A stretch of DNA of 64,000 nt from a virus. A program made the translations under genes and the position numbers. Location: positions 32,001 through 96,000 of IMG/VR virus record IMGVR_UViG_3300045988_019695. One strand, written 5' to 3'. Below, piece after piece: positions 23,947 through 33,217 of this stretch; position 1 is the first letter of the stretch; every line of letters starts with the position of its first letter. The notes beneath the pieces were generated by a model that was not told the DNA's origin, ran no database searches, and was given only the letters and a program-made list of their open reading frames with translations.

Positions 23947-24456
23947 TTATTCGTACATACCAATAACGCCACCACCCTTGACTCTACCGGTTTCTGCTTG
24001 TTCTGCCTTTGCCTACTTCATAGCCATGTCTAATGATTTGATAATACCGCTAACATCTTTCAATATTGCTGAAAGCTTCTTAGCTGTATCTATATCAAGC
24101 TCTTCTTCAGCATAGCTATCCATCGTGTTCATAATGCCCTCTGCTGCGCTCTTAGAAGATTTAAGCAAGCGGGTAGCAGGAGTCTCTTGGAACTCCTGGA
24201 ACCTTTTTGCTAATTCTTTTATAACGTCATCAGGTTTATAATTCTCATCATTAAGTACATCTTTAGCCACTCTCCATGTGCGTTCTTTCTCTGGATATGC
24301 CTCATATGGGCTATTCCATTTATATCTCCACACTATGAATTCGATCTTCTTTAATGCGTCTTGTTTATCTTTAGCATTGTTATAGAAGTCTTTAAATGGT
24401 GGTATAGCTAAATCTTCTGTACTTAACTGTATTTTATTTTGTATGATGTCAAACAT
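23947..24456 (-). CDS. small protein upstream of TerL (169 aa, 1 TAG), possible small terminase subunit
   Basis: ORF 24013-24456 continues through the TAG at 24013 to TAA 23947, 2 nt before the TerL ATG. The call is by position only. Confidence 0.35.
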
Positions 24457-24487
24457 TACTTAAATAATCTTTTAAGCCAGTTTATCT

Positions 24488-27400
24488 TTATGGTAGAAAG
24501 TGTTCAGTAAGATTTTTATTTCTAATTTCGTATACGGCGTCAGAACTTCCTGTTCCATGATTAATAAACCAACCAGATAACGTAGATGACAAATTAGGGC
24601 TTTCTGTATCAGATGCAGACATTACATATATACCATTATTTGTATTATTATTAAATGTTACACTATCCTACTCAATGCGTGTATATGGAATAGATCCTGA
24701 TGATGAACCAGAAGTGCCTGCAATATAATAAGTAAATGATCCAGTAGGCTTGTCAACTTTTGAAATCTTAGCCCAAGACTTATTAGTTGTAATAACATTC
24801 AATGTTCCACCAATTTCGCCAGATGGAGATTGAGATGGAATAGTCTAAACGTATACCGAGCCGGTAATAGCTACAGTTCCTTGCATATTCTTAGTACCAT
24901 TTGTAAATGATGCTTTATTATAAACCTCTACACCAAATAAATATCCATATGTAAGGAATGTGTATATTCCAACCTAATACAATATTGTGCTATTATCTAC
25001 CTTCTTATAATATGTTCCACTAACAGGAGTCTTCATTGTAGCATCCGTATAGTACTTGTTATCTTTTATGGTAAATGTTCCTACCTGACTAAAGCTTAAG
25101 TTTGTATCAGATCCTCTCTTCTGATACCATGTTTCAGTACTATCTGCTGCATTACTATTAATCCAATCTGGTTTACCATTTGTTATTCCAAGATGCCATG
25201 TTGTACCATTTATTACAAAATATATAGTTCCGTTATCAAGTACTATTTTATTAGTAGTACCACTTGTAAGAACACCAGTATTAGTAACTGTAAATGGAGC
25301 TGTATCAAGGCTATTGCCATCTAATGGGCCTGCCCAAATTCTTACATCTCCCTTGTTTATATTAGGATCTAATTTTGAGCTAGTAACATTTCTGCTAGAT
25401 GTCATACCAGCAACAATATCTTCACCATCAAATACCACTACTTCATTTGTAGATAATTCTTTAATAAAGCCTTGGTTTGCAATAATTCTCTATGCTACAA
25501 TATCTGGAGACAACGAGAATGCTGACCAATAAGAAGCAACGTCTGGATAGGTAGACCAATTGTTGTTTTCTCCAGCTTCTGTATTCACACAAGCGTAATA
25601 TACATTATTATATAATACGACGTCCTGATAGAATACACCATCTTCGTCTGACGCTCTCTTGCCATCAAGGTATTTGGTGTTTATTACATGCGAACCTCTC
25701 ATTCTCAAAGGACTTCCATTCATAGTCTAACCTGTAGAAGCATTGCCATCTTTACCAGCAGCTGAAATAGGAATAGTAATAGAGTCTATAAATGCTCCGT
25801 TGCTATTATTTATGATTATCTAAATAGTGGCAGAGCTACTTGAAACTTCTCCGGATATAGAGCAATTCCATTGGTTATTACCTTTTGTTGGAGCAGTAAC
25901 TGTAATACTAGGATTTGTACTTACGTTGCAGTTATAACCAGAAGTTTCCTATAAAGCATAATCAGCATTACCTTCTTTCTTATAGAGCTTAACAGTAAAT
26001 GTAGAAGAGATATTATATTTATTACTCTCATTGGCCTTATAATTAAGCGACATATCAGATACCTCTATCTTATATGTAACACCATTAATACCATCTACTG
26101 CTGGAGCCTTTATAATAGGAACATATTCTTTGAAATCAAGATTACCATTTTGAGCTCTAAAGTACATTCCATTTTCTCCCTATGTCTATATCTCTTTCTG
26201 TGATATAGGGTGCCAACTTGTACCTCCATCTTCAGAATACGAGAATGTCCAGTCTGATGTTTCGTTAGGGTAGATCTATGTTACCTTATTGCCATCACTC
26301 TTTGTAATGAAACAACTAATCGTACTAGGGTATAAAGAACCATCCTGATAGTTGATGGCGGAAGCATTAGTGTCAAGTCTGTACGAAACAGCATCTGTAC
26401 CAGAACCATTTACAATCCCATAGAACTGAATATCAACGTATCTAATATTAGACTGTATTGCTGTATCTGTTGGCGTAAGCTTAACTCTAAGAGTCCAATA
26501 CTTACCATCAGACATATTCAGACTACCTTCTGGAATAGTCATTGAAATTGTGTTATTATCATAGCTAAACCAAGTATTCCAGCCTGATATAGTTGAATTA
26601 TCTGAACACTTAAAACTTTCAAACTTATGGTTAAAGCTAATCTCTGTACCACTATTATATAAATGCAATCCAGCTGTACCTGAGTATTCTTTGTTTGTAC
26701 CATCGTCTAGCAAATATAAATATTTAGTCTCTCCGATTACGTCAGCAGTAATAGCATTTGACACACCATCTTTAGCATGATAAGCCCATAATGTTGGGTT
26801 GCTATACTAGTGCCAATAAGCATCTTCTGTCTCAGAGCTACTTGGATTATCATCATTTCTCTTCTTTCTTACAGACACCCATGCTGTGCCACCTTGAGGA
26901 ACTTCCTATGGATCGTCAGTCCATGTACCTTTAGATTCTTCTTTTATATACTCGTCTTTATTGAATGACTCGTGATTTGTATCAGCTTTTGATGCTGCAT
27001 TGTCATACCAATCATGTGGATTGTCTGTAGGAGCTTGCTTTGTTTGAGATATAGCAAAGATATACTCTACGCCATCTCCGTCTGTACCATTGTCTCCATA
27101 ATGAGACCAAAGAATAGGTTCTGACCAGATGCTCCATGTTTCTACATCTTTAACTCTTATTGAAACCCATTCGTTTACAAATTTCGAAGTTACACCCTGT
27201 GGGTTATCTGTCCATCCAGAAGGATTATCACCCTATGGTCTTTCGAAAGTCTGCCCTTTTACACCCTATCTATAAATGAATTCTCTATTTGACTAATCTG
27301 TTCCAGCACTAGTACCATCTTCTCCGGTAATACAAATAGGTGTAATATACTATCCATAATTACCATCAGAATCGATGAATACCTATGTCATCCATACATG

Positions 27401-28285
27401 CTGATTAGGGGCTCTATTTATGCTATGCTCAGTCCATCCTGAACCGCCTCCAGGAGCTGCGCCTGCATTTGGAGTCTAGACGCTAGTAGTGTTCTTATCT
27501 ACACATTTGAAGTAAACTTTATATCTACCACCATCTTTACCAGTACCAGAACCAGAAGAACCGCCATCAATTTTAATGACGCCATTTCCATTTGGATCAT
27601 ACAGTGTATATTGATTACCATCAATCTGGAGTTTCTTAAGCTTGTTTATCTCAGCGTATTTAGTAAGCTCATTAGCAAGCTATTCTTTAGTGACAAGTTT
27701 GCTTGTATCAATGCCACCTGAAACGATAGATACTGTGAATTCTCCACCGTTCTTCTGCTTAAGAACAAGCTGACCATTAGCAGAATTATAGTTAAATGAT
27801 TCAATGCTGTAGTCTTTACCGCCTGTTACCTTAATATTGTTTATCTCTGTTGTAAGATTATTGATCTTGTTCTGTATGTCATTCTTAATAGTATCAAGAT
27901 CAGCCTTAAGAGCATACTTACTAAGATCTGCCGTATCATTCTTAATCTTAGCTACAAGCTCATTTACATATTCTATAGTAGCATATTTAGCTAATACATT
28001 GTCACCAAAGCCCAAATCGTAAAGAATGAGCTTAACCTTCTTATCAAGGTCTTCTTCAAGCTCGTCGAGCCTCTCTTCATGTTTATCTACCATTGTCTTA
28101 ATGAGATCAACAACATCCTGGTTAGCTTTATTATCCCACTTATCTTTATCTTCTTTAGATACTGGTTCGCTGTCAGCGTTCTTATTCATCACCTTTGAAA
28201 GGAGAGACGAATACTACTGAGCAGCTTCTAAGTGACCATTATGATGACATGCACATTCATGGTCGCAATAATCAAAATCTACCAT
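24488..28285 (-). CDS. large tail fibre / spike protein (about 1265 aa, 20 in-frame TAG)
   Basis: Five track ORFs (27680-28192, 26276-26764, 25949-26167, 25490-25723, 24974-25438) are in one frame. All gaps, including the 305-codon gap 26765-27679, show TAG only. Features: KEDKDKWDNK fibre motif, a coiled coil, then a beta-rich region. Preferred start is ATG 28283-28285 (MVDFDYCDHECACHHNGH..). Confidence 0.65.
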
Positions 28286-28529
28286 ATTAATTTGTTTAAA
28301 TTGTTAACAATTATAGTACTGTGGTGTCATTGAAGACCACGTCTAAAACGCCACAGTTATAGGTTAAATGAAATCGTTCTAATCTAGCGTATTACTACGC
28401 AAGCCCTAGTATATTCCACCTAGGGGTGATAAAAGTCCTACCCTGGTACGCATTTGAAAAGAGGCGTGGTAGAATCTATTGTGCTAGGCGGGGCAGCGAA
28501 CCCCGTCATGCTTTCATTAAGACCTAGCC
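28286..28529. other. 244-nt ORF-free, hairpin-rich spacer between two tail-fibre genes
   Basis: Minus-strand reading contains GACGGGGTTCGCTGCCCCGCC, ACTGTGG..CCACAGT and other stems. No ORF is present. All other junctions in this operon are 0-20 nt. Confidence 0.4.
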
Positions 28530-29825
28530 TTATGCAGCATCTTCTTGATGTTTAGCTTCAAGTGCTGCAATACGAGCTTCAAGTGCTGCAATCTTTTCAT
28601 AATATACAGACTTTGTAATAAACTCGCTATCATTAGTAAGCTGACTAACCTTTGTAGGAACAGTAGGAAGTTCAACCTTCTTAGCATACTCTTCAAGAGA
28701 CTGATGTTCTGTAAGGTAATTACCTTTAGGCTGTTTTGTATCAATAGCAGAATTCAGTATACCAACCTGTTCATTAAGAGCTGTTGTAAGAACATAATTA
28801 CTAAGTGCTGTAGTATCAGCTTTAGCATTTATAAGGTTCTGGAGATACGATTCCTGACCATTAGCACGCTCAACTTCTGTTCTAATAGCTTCATTGATAG
28901 CTGTTTCTGCAGTTGTAGCTCTAGATGCTTCATTCTGAATAGCGAGAGCATTATCACCTTCAACTTCCTTAGCTCTAGCAGCCTCTGCTGCAATCTCAGC
29001 CTTATTCTATGCTTCTGCTGCCTTAGCTCTTGTAATCTCTTCATTAAGGGCAACTGTAGTAGCCTTAGTAGCAATAGCATCATTAATAGCTGTATGCAGA
29101 TCATCATTACTATTAAGCTTATCTGCAATCTCCTTCAATGTATCATAAGCCTCTGGAGCTGCGCCAACTACATCAGCTATAGCTTTTCTGAATGAACCTT
29201 CAGTTGTAGAGTCACCATTAATAATATCCACCTCTGCTTTGATCTCATTCTCCTTAGCAGTAGCACGTGTTACCTCAGCATTGAGGTTATCCTTAATTGT
29301 ATTGTCGTCATTCTCACGCTTTGTAGCCTCAGCCTGTATGTCTGAAGAAAGAGCATTCTCACTAGCCTTAGCACGATTAACTTCAGCTGTAAGATCATTG
29401 CGAAGCTGAGTATCAGCGTTTACTCTTTCCTGCTTCTCTGTATCAATGTTCTACTGAAGTACATTATCTCTTTCATTTGACTCTATCTCCTTCTGATCAA
29501 TCTTATCATCAAGAGTATTATCTCCCTAGATTCTATTAGCAGTCTCTTCCTCTGCCTTTTCTTGGAATACATCAAATCTATGATTTGTAGTATCTCTAAA
29601 ATTATGGATTTCATTTACAATCTCTTCAAGGGAATCATGATTATTATCAACATTGCCCTTAAGTTCATCAAACGCCTGGATTACTGCATTAGCATCCATG
29701 ATATCACCACGTACGTACTCACCTGCATGCTCACCCATCAAGAGGTTAACTGTTCTTGTACCAACATCCTTGGCGCCATGTACCTATACACCTACCAAAG
29801 GTGTCTTAATAAATTTCTTCTTCAT
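28530..29825 (-). CDS. coiled-coil tail fibre protein (431 aa, 4 in-frame TAG)
   Basis: ATG 29823-29825, TAA 28530. Scan shows TAG only. Features: RA.A.E heptad-like repeats and the fibre motif APEAYDTLKEIADKL. Confidence 0.65.
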
Positions 29826-29854
29826 TATATATAATGTCTAATTTGATATGTGTC

Positions 29855-29893
29855 TAAACAGTAAAAGGGAACTACCTTTCGGTAATCCCCTTT
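29855..29893 (-). terminator. Rho-independent terminator after dUTPase
   Basis: Minus-strand reading AAAGGGGATTACC GAAA GGTAGTTCCCTTT is followed by TACTGTTT. Confidence 0.6.
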
Positions 29894-29910
29894 ACGTAAG
29901 TGAATTAGGC

Positions 29911-30462
29911 CTATCCTTCACTTACCTCAGCACCTTCTTGTGCCGCCGCTGGCTCTGGTACGGACTCAACCTGTTCCTTAAGCTGTGACTGAGTTCCCGT
30001 AGCTGCGCTAGATTCATTCTCATTATCTGTGCCAGTAGAACCAAATCCACCCTCACCTCTCTCTGTAGGTGTAAGCTCTGAAACTTCTGTAATTTCGTAC
30101 TCTGGTACAGGAACTATGACTAACTGACAGAATCTCTCTCCCTTCTGATATACTGCAGGGATTGCATCTGTTGTTGCCTTCATGACAGCCAGGATCTCAC
30201 CTCTGTAGTCACTGTCTATCACTCCGACATTATCTGTAAGCCATAATGATTTCTTCCAAATACTAGAGCGTGGTATAAGTAAACCAACATATCCGGCAGG
30301 AATCTCAACTGCCAATCCTGTATGGTAAACCAACATTAGCTGATTTGCTTCATTAATAACTGTATCTATCTTAATGCAAGTCAAATCAATTCCTGCAGCA
30401 CCTTTTGTGCCACGAATAGGAAGGATTGCTTTATCCTCAAGTCTCTTAAATTTTAACTCCAT
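29911..30462 (-). CDS. dut: dUTP pyrophosphatase (trimeric dUTPase) with acidic C-terminal extension
   Basis: Motifs AAGIDL, PRSS, GVIDSDYRGE and GGFGSTG. The ORF ends in TAG, with a TAA two codons later. Confidence 0.9.
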   Translation of the reverse strand: MELKFKRLEDKAILPIRGTKGAAGIDLTCIKIDTVINEANQLMLVYHTGLAVEIPAGYVGLLIPRSSIWKKSLWLTDNVGVIDSDYRGEILAVMKATTDAIPAVYQKGERFCQLVIVPVPEYEITEVSELTPTERGEGGFGSTGTDNENESSAATGTQSQLKEQVESVPEPAAAQEGAEVSEG

Positions 30463-30488
30463 AGTATTTATAATATGTTTATTATTGT

Positions 30489-30530
30489 TACCCCACTAGG
30501 ATTCGAACCCAGACTAAACATAATCTTTTA
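30489..30530 (-). other. orphan tRNA 3'-half-like fragment (canonical T-arm plus acceptor strand)
   Basis: Minus-strand reading is CTGGG TTCGAAT CCTAG TGGGGTA A. No matching 5' half lies within 80 nt. The acceptor strand TGGGGTA is nearly identical to TGGGGCT of the suppressor tRNA 450 nt upstream. Confidence 0.5.
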
Positions 30531-30531
30531 A

Positions 30532-30960
30532 CTAGTCTATTGTAAGATTGTAGAAGTGAAGTTTTCTATGGCAATTTGCACATAGTACAACACATTTGTC
30601 AACTTCGTTTTTTATAGAAGCAACACCTTTGTCTCTACATTGGCTTCCTATGCTAAAAGACTTATCATGAAGATGATGAAAATCTAAGCAAGCTTGATCT
30701 TTTTCTCCACATATGATACAACCGTTAGATTTTAGTTGTCTCATATATTGTGTTAAAAATTTCTTATAAGATCTATGCTTTTTATATATATCATTCTTGT
30801 TCTTTTTGTAATATTCCTCATAATATTTATGTTTGCATTCCTTGCATTGAGGTGATAGGCCATCAGGTTTGCTACTATTCTTCGCAAACTGATCAAGTGG
30901 TTTTTCTATACCACATTTAGTGCATACTTTTGTTTTCATGTAAAAATATTTAATACGCAC
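30532..30960 (-). CDS. HNH endonuclease with zinc-ribbon-like CxxC pairs
   Basis: Motifs CTKCG..CKEC, CIICG, LDFHHLHDK and LCANCHRKLH. 142 aa with no internal TAG; the ORF ends in TAG. Confidence 0.8.
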   Translation of the reverse strand: MRIKYFYMKTKVCTKCGIEKPLDQFAKNSSKPDGLSPQCKECKHKYYEEYYKKNKNDIYKKHRSYKKFLTQYMRQLKSNGCIICGEKDQACLDFHHLHDKSFSIGSQCRDKGVASIKNEVDKCVVLCANCHRKLHFYNLTID

Positions 30961-30982
30961 CTCTAACCTACGTATTTATTAG

Positions 30983-31055
30983 TAGCCCCACTCCGTGTCC
31001 ATCGGAGACCTACTGTTTTAGAGACAGTTGTGCACAGGCGGTACACCATAGGGCA
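30983..31055 (-). tRNA. suppressor tRNA, anticodon CUA (reads TAG)
   Basis: 73 nt: TGCCCTA TG GTGT ACCGCCTGT GCAC A ACTGT CTCTAAA ACAGT AGGT CTCCG ATGGACA CGGAG TGGGGCT A. All four stems pair: the 5-bp anticodon and T stems are perfect, the D stem is 4 bp with one G-U, and the acceptor pairs 6 of 7. Loop CTCTAAA gives U33-CUA-A37. The D-loop lacks GG and the T-loop lacks TTC. Confidence 0.8.
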
Positions 31056-31060
31056 ATATA

Positions 31061-31135
31061 TGAGGACGCAGTGGAATCGAACCACTGTCTCTAAATCTTC
31101 AAATTTAGAAAGTTAACCATTACTACAACACCCTC
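31061..31135 (-). tRNA. tRNA-like gene with irregular anticodon arm (isotype undetermined)
   Basis: Good T-arm (AGTGG TTCGATT CCACT), a D-loop with GG and a G-U-rich acceptor. The anticodon helix TCTAAAT/ATTTAGA is 7 bp around a 6-nt loop TTGAAG (or 5 bp with the 8-nt loop TTTGAAGA), never the canonical 5+7. Confidence 0.5.
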
Positions 31136-31144
31136 ATTCTGTTG

Positions 31145-31216
31145 TTGCGGAGGACGGATTCGGACCGCCGACCTTTAGGTTATGAGCCTAACGAGCCACC
31201 ACTGCTCCACTCCGCG
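31145..31216 (-). tRNA. tRNA-Met (CAT), initiator-like
   Basis: Canonical cloverleaf: D stem GAGC/GCTC, anticodon arm TTAGG CTCATAA CCTAA, T-arm GGCGG TCCGAAT CCGTC. The C1 x A72 mismatch and A73 are as in bacterial tRNA-fMet, but the anticodon stem has only two G-C pairs. Confidence 0.75.
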
Positions 31217-31355
31217 ATAAGCACGTAACCTTTAGCTGGAGTTACGCAGAACCAGTATTGGGTCCATGTGTCAGCTTACCATGGTAGCCTTTTATTTATA
31301 GTGTACACACATGGATGCCACTTTATTAAACTATAAAATTTAATTCAAAAAGTCG

Positions 31356-31429
31356 GAGTCTATGCAGGAGTCGAACCTGCTAACTATTCCCTTTGTATCG
31401 GGCCGTCTTTACCGTTTGACTAATAGACT
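31356..31429 (-). tRNA. tRNA-like gene with degenerate anticodon stem (isotype undetermined)
   Basis: Perfect 7-bp acceptor (AGTCTAT/ATAGACT), canonical T-arm (GCAGG TTCGACT CCTGC) and a D-loop with GG. The anticodon region GGCCC GATACAAA GGGAA pairs only CCC/GGG around an 8-nt loop. Confidence 0.45.
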
Positions 31430-31439
31430 CTAAAGGTGA

Positions 31440-31763
31440 TTACTTAGTACGAGTAATCCAATTCCATGCTCGCTTATACCAAGGCTTCTTAACCTTGTTC
31501 TCAACTCTAATAGCAGTACACTTTCTGTATACACCGCCATCATTTACGATTGCTGAACAATCCTCTGGCATAATATCCTTAAGTACAAGATCTGTAACAA
31601 TTGATGTAATTGTACAAATGTCATCATATGTAATCTTCATGCCATTCAAAATCTTCTGACCAACGAAGTTTCCTGCAATGTCTTCCATATTAACGGCATT
31701 AGTCATATCGATTGTATACTTAGGTCTCTTTACCTTGACTGTCTTCTTAATAGCTTTCTTCAT
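31440..31763 (-). CDS. hypothetical protein (107 aa)
   Basis: Uninterrupted ORF, TAA stop, tight spacing with neighbours. Confidence 0.5.
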   Translation of the reverse strand: MKKAIKKTVKVKRPKYTIDMTNAVNMEDIAGNFVGQKILNGMKITYDDICTITSIVTDLVLKDIMPEDCSAIVNDGGVYRKCTAIRVENKVKKPWYKRAWNWITRTK

Positions 31764-31773
31764 AACTTAAATA

Positions 31774-32163
31774 TTAACATGATTCACAACAAACGTCTCC
31801 ACAACAAGCATCATCACAAACAAGGCTCTCAGACTTGCTCTTCTGCTTAGCTGCCCACTCTTCCTTTCTCTTCTGATCAGCAGCTTTAGCATTATCAATA
31901 GCCTTTAACCAATCTTCAGACTTAACTATCACAAAGTCTGCGCCGAGATCTTTGTCATAGAATGTAACAAGAATGTCGTTCTTCTTTGCATCTACTTCGA
32001 TTATTTTATCAGGGAAGAATTTAGATTCCCACTCAATATGAGCGTCCTCTGGAATAACATAAATATCATCAATTCCTCGTGCAGATCTATTAATTGCCTT
32101 AACCTCAGCTGTATCAGTATCAACAACAATAGGCTTGCGTTCAATATTTATTATCTTTTTCAT
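31774..32163 (-). CDS. hypothetical protein with Cys-rich C-terminal tail (129 aa)
   Basis: Uninterrupted ORF. The last 17 residues are LVCDDACCGDVCCESC. Confidence 0.5.
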   Translation of the reverse strand: MKKIINIERKPIVVDTDTAEVKAINRSARGIDDIYVIPEDAHIEWESKFFPDKIIEVDAKKNDILVTFYDKDLGADFVIVKSEDWLKAIDNAKAADQKRKEEWAAKQKSKSESLVCDDACCGDVCCESC

Positions 32164-32371
32164 ATGGGCTTAATGGTTTGCTTTTATTGTCTTTAAATCT
32201 ATTCTTAAGCTTGAATCTAAATAGTTTGTTTATTAATACATCTCTAGTATCATCTTGATCTTTCATAACATCAACTACGAACTAGAACTAATGCATAACT
32301 ATCTGTTTTACAAGCTCCGGGTCTTCGTTTAGCTATTGTCCGATCTATCTACAAACTTTATCTATATTCAT
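32141..32371 (-). CDS. small protein (76 aa, 4 in-frame TAG)
   Basis: The ATG shares 1 nt with the upstream TGA. Sequence MNIDKVCRQIGQQLNEDPELVKQIVMHQFQFVVDVMKDQDDTRDVLINKLFRFKLKNRFK. It overlaps the next gene start by 23 nt. Confidence 0.45.
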
Positions 32372-32799
32372 CACTTATCTATTGTCTCAGTTGCTACAAT
32401 ATCGTAAAGCGATACAAGTTGAGAATCTTTAAGTAAGTCAAAATACATAGCTCCTCTAGATGATCTGTATATCACAATATCTCCAACCTTGATAGGCATC
32501 TGCTGTATCTTTTCATCGTCATATGGGTGTGTGTACTCATATGGCAACTTAAGTACTACAGCTCTAGAGAAATCTGAATCAACTTCCTTAATCTCTGTCT
32601 TTACTTCATCATAATCAACTGCTTCGATCCCATCCTTATCCTTCTTAGGCTTAGTGTCTTTAGCCACAGGTTCGGAGATCTTCTTTTTAACTTTAACAGG
32701 CTCGAGTGGCTTTACCAAGAACATCTATCTGAACTCATACTTTATCTTTGAGCTCAAGTCTTCTGCCAACTGAGTCTGATCTATCATCTTCTCATCCAT
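32371..32799 (-). CDS. hypothetical protein, weakly GroES/Gp31-like (142 aa, 1 TAG)
   Basis: ATG 32797-32799. ORF 32371-32724 is extended through the TAG at 32725. The FLVKPL..KVGDIVIY..pattern is reminiscent of a co-chaperonin fold; this is a weak call. Confidence 0.3.
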
Positions 32800-32800
32800 A

Positions 32801-33211
32801 TTACTTCTTCAATCCTTTAAGGTACTCAAGTAACTTAATCATGTTTCTCAATACTGTTTCCTTCTCAACAAGCAAACACTGAGGTGTATTCTCATCAGAC
32901 TTTTCCTTAATGGTGCAAAGCTCATTGTTGTATTCGTTGAGCTTATTATCTATCTCATCAAAGATATTTACAAATCTCTTTTTCTCATCAACTTCCTCAA
33001 CATATCCATTATCGAGAAGCATCTTGGCATATTCCTTTGAGATTCTATAAACAGAATTATAAGAAGAAACAACCGTTGAATTATCTTCATTTGAGCTGTT
33101 ATGCTCTTCGTTATATACACTTTCGTACTGCTCAGTATCAGCGTTGTACTCAAATGTATCACCACTCTCCATTACGAAGAAAGGCTTAATAACCTTTAAA
33201 ATCTTTGTCAT
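32801..33211 (-). CDS. acidic hypothetical protein, first gene of the minus-strand block
   Basis: ORF 32801-33217. I prefer the ATG at 33209-33211 (MTKILKVIKPFF..). Confidence 0.5.
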   Translation of the reverse strand: MTKILKVIKPFFVMESGDTFEYNADTEQYESVYNEEHNSSNEDNSTVVSSYNSVYRISKEYAKMLLDNGYVEEVDEKKRFVNIFDEIDNKLNEYNNELCTIKEKSDENTPQCLLVEKETVLRNMIKLLEYLKGLKK

Positions 33212-33217
33212 ATCCAA

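Noticed and set aside
1-33211. Possibility that TGA (or TAA) is also reassigned
   Set aside because: TGA and TAA occur exactly where genes end, often overlapping the next ATG. They never appear inside the joined frames I scanned.
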